Below, in pieces: positions 28,596 to 32,460 of a stretch of 32,460 bases of DNA. Where the stretch lies: the NCBI GenBank assembly GCA_020435885.1, contig JAGQYU010000067.1, forward strand, positions 1-32,460. Direction: 5' to 3'. The stretch is from Flavobacteriaceae bacterium (GTDB taxonomy: Bacteria > Bacteroidota > Bacteroidia > Flavobacteriales > Flavobacteriaceae). A program made the position numbers and the translations under genes. The notes beneath the pieces were generated by a model. That model saw only the letters and a program-made list of their open reading frames with translations. It had not been told where the DNA came from and did not search any database. Position 1 is the first letter of the stretch; each line of letters starts with the position of its first letter.

Positions 28596-30761
28596 ATGAA
28601 AAGATTAACACTGCTTATAATAATTACTTCAATTATTTTTGCAACTTCTTGTAAAAAAGACAAAATGACAACAACAGATGCTAAGCCACCCATAGCAGAA
28701 AAGATTCCTAAAGAATTAGAAAAACATGGTGATGTACGTGTAGACAATTATTATTGGATGCGCTTAACTGATGAACAAAAAAATGCTAAAGACCCTGATG
28801 AGCATACTCAAAAAGTGTTAGATTATCTGAATGCCGAAAATGATTACTTAGATAAAGTGCTGGGGCATACCAAAAAGTTTCAGGAAGATCTTTTTGAAGA
28901 AATGAAATCGAGAATAAAAGAAGATGACGAATCGGTTCCATATAAAGATAATGGCTACTTCTACATTACCCGCTATGAAATCGGTGGGCAATACCCAATC
29001 CATTCTCGCAAAAAAGGCTCATTAGAAGCTGAAGAAGAAATTATGTTCAATGTAAATGAAATGGCCAAAGAGCATGATTATTACGCTTTAGGCGGAATAA
29101 ATGTAAGCCCTAATAACAAAATGGTTTCTTTTGGTGTTGATACTCTAAGTAGAAGGCAATATGTTATTCAAGTTAAAAATTTGGAAACTGGTGAAATCTA
29201 CGCTGATAAAATTAAAAACACTACCGGTTATGCCGAATGGGCAAATGATAATAAAACACTTTTTTATACTAAAAAAGACCCTGTAACGCTTAGAAGCGAG
29301 CGTATCTTTAAGCATGTATTAGGCACAGACCAATCGGAAGATGTTGAGGTTTATAATGAAACTGATGAAACATTCAGCACGTATGTGTATAAGACCAAGT
29401 CAAAAAAATATATCGTAATCGGTTCTGGAAGCACATTGACTACTGAATATCAGGTATTAGATGCCGATAACCCAAATAGCGAACTTAGAATGATTCAGCC
29501 GAGAGTTAGAGGATTAGAATACAGTATTTCACATTATGGAGATCATTTCTACATTCTTACCAATAAAGATGATGCTAAAAACTTTAAGTTAATGCGAACT
29601 CCCGAAAATAAAACTACAGAAGAAAACTGGGAAGACGTAATTCCGCATAGAGATAATGTACTATTGGAGGATATTTCTATTTTCAAAGATTATTTAGTAT
29701 TGGAAGAGCGTTCAAATGGTTTGAACAAAATACGTATTAAGCGTTGGGATGGAGCCGAAGATTATTACCTTCCTTTTGACGAAGAAACGTATTCAGTTAG
29801 TGTTTATGACAATCCTGAGTATGATACAGATATTATAAGATACAATTATCAGTCATTTACTACGCCATCTTCTGTTATTGATTTTAACATGAAAGACAGA
29901 AGTAAAGACATTAAAAAAGAACAAGAAGTCCTTGGCGGAAAATTTGATAAAAACAATTACAAAAGTGAGCGTTTATGGGCAACAGCCAGAGATGGAAAAC
30001 AAGTAGCTATCTCTTTGGTGTATAGAAAAGATACCAAGTTGAATGAAAATACCCCTTTATTACTATATGCATATGGCTCTTACGGATTTACAATTCCGGA
30101 CAGGTTCAGTACAACACGTTTAAGTCTTTTAGACAGAGGCTTTGTATATGCTACGGCACATATTAGAGGTAGCCAATATTTAGGCAGAGAGTGGTATGAA
30201 GACGGAAAAATGTTTAATAAGAAAAATACTTTTACCGATTTTGTTGATTGTGCTAAATTTTTGATCGATAAAAAATATACTTCAACAGATCACTTATACG
30301 CTATGGGCGGTTCTGCCGGAGGTTTATTAATGGGTGCTATTGTTAATATGAATCCTGAGTTATTCAATGGTATAGTTGCAGCCGTTCCTTTTGTGGATGT
30401 AATGACAACCATGCTGGATGAAAGCATTCCGCTTACAACATCTGAATATGATGAATGGGGAAATCCTAATGAAAAAGATTCGTATGATTACATGCTATCC
30501 TATTCGCCATATGATAATGTTGAGAAAAAAGCTTATCCAAACATGTTGGTAACCACTGGCTTACACGATTCTCAAGTGCAATATTACGAACCTGCCAAAT
30601 GGGTTGCTAAACTAAGAGAATATAAAACAGATGATAACGTTCTATTAATGCATACCAATATGGAAGCAGGGCATGGTGGAGCATCCGGAAGGTTTGATTC
30701 CCTAAAGGAAGTAGCAATGGAATATGCATTTATTTTAGATTTGGAAGGAATTAAAAACTGA
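28596..30761 (+). CDS. ptrB: Oligopeptidase B (S9A family), lipoprotein
   Basis: Lipobox ATSC, HGDVRVDNYYW, GGSAGG, HDSQV, AGHGG catalytic motifs. Confidence 0.93.
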   Translation: MKRLTLLIIITSIIFATSCKKDKMTTTDAKPPIAEKIPKELEKHGDVRVDNYYWMRLTDEQKNAKDPDEHTQKVLDYLNAENDYLDKVLGHTKKFQEDLFEEMKSRIKEDDESVPYKDNGYFYITRYEIGGQYPIHSRKKGSLEAEEEIMFNVNEMAKEHDYYALGGINVSPNNKMVSFGVDTLSRRQYVIQVKNLETGEIYADKIKNTTGYAEWANDNKTLFYTKKDPVTLRSERIFKHVLGTDQSEDVEVYNETDETFSTYVYKTKSKKYIVIGSGSTLTTEYQVLDADNPNSELRMIQPRVRGLEYSISHYGDHFYILTNKDDAKNFKLMRTPENKTTEENWEDVIPHRDNVLLEDISIFKDYLVLEERSNGLNKIRIKRWDGAEDYYLPFDEETYSVSVYDNPEYDTDIIRYNYQSFTTPSSVIDFNMKDRSKDIKKEQEVLGGKFDKNNYKSERLWATARDGKQVAISLVYRKDTKLNENTPLLLYAYGSYGFTIPDRFSTTRLSLLDRGFVYATAHIRGSQYLGREWYEDGKMFNKKNTFTDFVDCAKFLIDKKYTSTDHLYAMGGSAGGLLMGAIVNMNPELFNGIVAAVPFVDVMTTMLDESIPLTTSEYDEWGNPNEKDSYDYMLSYSPYDNVEKKAYPNMLVTTGLHDSQVQYYEPAKWVAKLREYKTDDNVLLMHTNMEAGHGGASGRFDSLKEVAMEYAFILDLEGIKN

Positions 30762-30814
30762 TTTTAAAAAAAAATAGTAAATTTGCCTCGACTTTATAAT
30801 TAAACATTATAAAA

Positions 30815-31852
30815 ATGAAAAAACACCAAGGAATTTCCAACAATATTTTAGACTTGGTTGGTGACACCCCCTTAATTAGGTTAAATAAGATCACAAAAAA
30901 GTTAGATGGACAATTCTTAGCAAAATACGAAGCCTTCAACCCTGGCCATTCTATGAAAGATAGAATAGCCATCCACATTGTAGAACAGGCGGAGAAAAAA
31001 GGAATACTAAAAAAAGGTAGTACGGTAATAGAAACTACTTCAGGTAATACTGGTTTTAGTGTTGCTTTAGTATGTATTATTAAAGGATACGATTGTGTTT
31101 TAGCTGTTAATTCTAAAGCCTCTAAAGGAAAGATTAATATGCTAAAAGCTATGGGAGCTAAAGTATATGTTTGTCCTGCGCATGTAAGTGCTGATGACCC
31201 TAGGTCATATTATGAAGTAGCTAAAAAGTTACATGCCGAAACAGCTGATTCTGTTTACATAAACCAGTATTTTAATGAACTGAATTCTGAAGCTCACTAC
31301 CTCTCTACCGGACCTGAAATTTGGGAACAAACTGAAGGTAAAGTAACACACGTAGTTGTTGCCAGTGGAACAGGAGGTACTATTTCAGGAATTGGCAAGT
31401 ACTTAAAAGAAAAGAATCCTAACATCAAAGTGTTGGGTGTTGATGCTTACGGGTCTGTATTAAAAAAATACCATGAAACTTCTGAGTTGGATATGAAAGA
31501 AGTATATCCTTACAGAATTGAAGGATTAGGTAAAAACCTGATACCTACAGCTACCAATTTTGAAGTAATTGATGTTTTTGAAAAAGTTACAGATGAGTCT
31601 GCAGCGCATAGAGCCAGAGAGTTGGCCTTTACTGAAGGGTTATTTACTGGTTATACAAGTGGCGCTGTATTACAAGCTACTTTCCAATATGCAGAAAAAA
31701 ACTATTTTAATAAAGATTCTGTTGTTGTTCTTCTATTTCCTGATCATGGTTCCAGATACATGGAAAAGATTTATTCTGATGACTGGATGAGAGAACAAGG
31801 TTTTTTTGATACACAAAAAATTGCTCAGTCAGAAGTAGAGTTTATAGAGTAA
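30815..31852 (+). CDS. PLP-dependent cysteine synthase/CBS-family enzyme, probable cysteate synthase CapA
   Basis: [12 protein letters not shown] lysine, TSGNTG, SGTGGT; adjacent to a CapB-like gene. Confidence 0.8.
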   Translation: MKKHQGISNNILDLVGDTPLIRLNKITKKLDGQFLAKYEAFNPGHSMKDRIAIHIVEQAEKKGILKKGSTVIETTSGNTGFSVALVCIIKGYDCVLAVNSKASKGKINMLKAMGAKVYVCPAHVSADDPRSYYEVAKKLHAETADSVYINQYFNELNSEAHYLSTGPEIWEQTEGKVTHVVVASGTGGTISGIGKYLKEKNPNIKVLGVDAYGSVLKKYHETSELDMKEVYPYRIEGLGKNLIPTATNFEVIDVFEKVTDESAAHRARELAFTEGLFTGYTSGAVLQATFQYAEKNYFNKDSVVVLLFPDHGSRYMEKIYSDDWMREQGFFDTQKIAQSEVEFIE

Positions 31853-31875
31853 AAAAATTACAGAAATGAATAGAG

Positions 31876-31900
31876 AGGAGCCTTTAAGGCTCCTTTTTTT
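31876..31900 (+). terminator. Intrinsic terminator
   Basis: AGGAGCCT-TTA-AGGCTCCT followed by T run. Confidence 0.85.
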
Positions 31901-32023
31901 ATGGATACAACTGTAAATCAATTATATATTAATAATTGATTGGTTATAAAAATGTTAAAAACACATGCCATGTGTTTTTGAAAAGCATCAAAAAAAGTAG
32001 TTACTTTGCAAAGTCATAATTTT

Positions 32024-32460
32024 ATGAAGATGAAAGATTTATTTGATAGAATAAAAAAAGATAAAGGGCCATTAGGCAAATGGGCACAGCAGGCCGAAGG
32101 CTATTATATCTTCCCTAAATTAGAAGGGCCTATATCTAATAGAATGGGTTTTAACGGCAAAAGAGTTATCACCTGGAGTATAAACGATTATTTAGGATTA
32201 GCTAATCATCCTGAAGTACTAAAAGCAGATGCCAAAGCTGCTGCTGAACATGGAATGGCCTACCCTATGGGTGCCAGAATGATGTCCGGTCATACGGTTT
32301 ATCATGAACAATTAGAAAGAGAATGTGCTGAATTTGTTAAAAAAGAAGCTGCTTATTTGGTAAATTTTGGTTATCAAGGTATGGTTTCTGCCATTGATGC
32401 GTTAGTTACCAAAAATGATGTTATTGTGTATGATGTTGACTCACATGCTTGTATCATTGA
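32024..32460 (+). CDS. Partial alpha-oxoamine synthase family enzyme, probable cysteate acyltransferase CapB (runs off the window; absent from the ORF track)
   Basis: Manual translation MKMKDLFDRIKKDKGPLGKWAQQAEGYYIFPKLEG..WSINDYLGLANHPEV..GARMMSG..SHACII; NDYLGL and GARMMSG are family motifs. Confidence 0.8.
   Translation, partial: MKMKDLFDRIKKDKGPLGKWAQQAEGYYIFPKLEGPISNRMGFNGKRVITWSINDYLGLANHPEVLKADAKAAAEHGMAYPMGARMMSGHTVYHEQLERECAEFVKKEAAYLVNFGYQGMVSAIDALVTKNDVIVYDVDSHACII

Overview
AT-rich Bacteroidota chromosome segment, most likely Flavobacteriaceae (TAnnTTTG -7 promoter elements, Gln-starting mature secreted protein, flavobacterial gene order). It begins at dnaA and carries housekeeping genes: LMW-PTP, RsmI-like methylase, mltG, dapF, degP, long-form GAPDH, ligA, ybaB, oligopeptidase B and a probable capAB sulfonolipid locus. 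There are two accessory regions. (1) 10.0-11.9 kb: a highly structured non-coding element, repeated TTACGG-N5-CCGTAA palindromes, and an integron-cassette-like SDH/ClpP-fold protease plus small ORF, with no integrase in the window. (2) 14.9-27.6 kb: a sulfur-respiration island with Thermus-type psrABC, a split YeeE/YedE pair, four rhodanese-fold proteins, an OprO/P-like porin, a divergent 12-heme cytochrome c and a Crp/Fnr regulator. The strongest signal is in this island. Two membrane-anchored rhodaneses lack the catalytic Cys but end in an identical SoxY-like tail (QVVPVKKKKKLPVEGGC). The porin has only three Cys, placed at the mature N-terminus, in a probable pore loop and in an EGGCG loop. 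Together they suggest a covalent persulfide relay across the envelope feeding Psr. This is a hypothesis from sequence inspection only; no searches were run.
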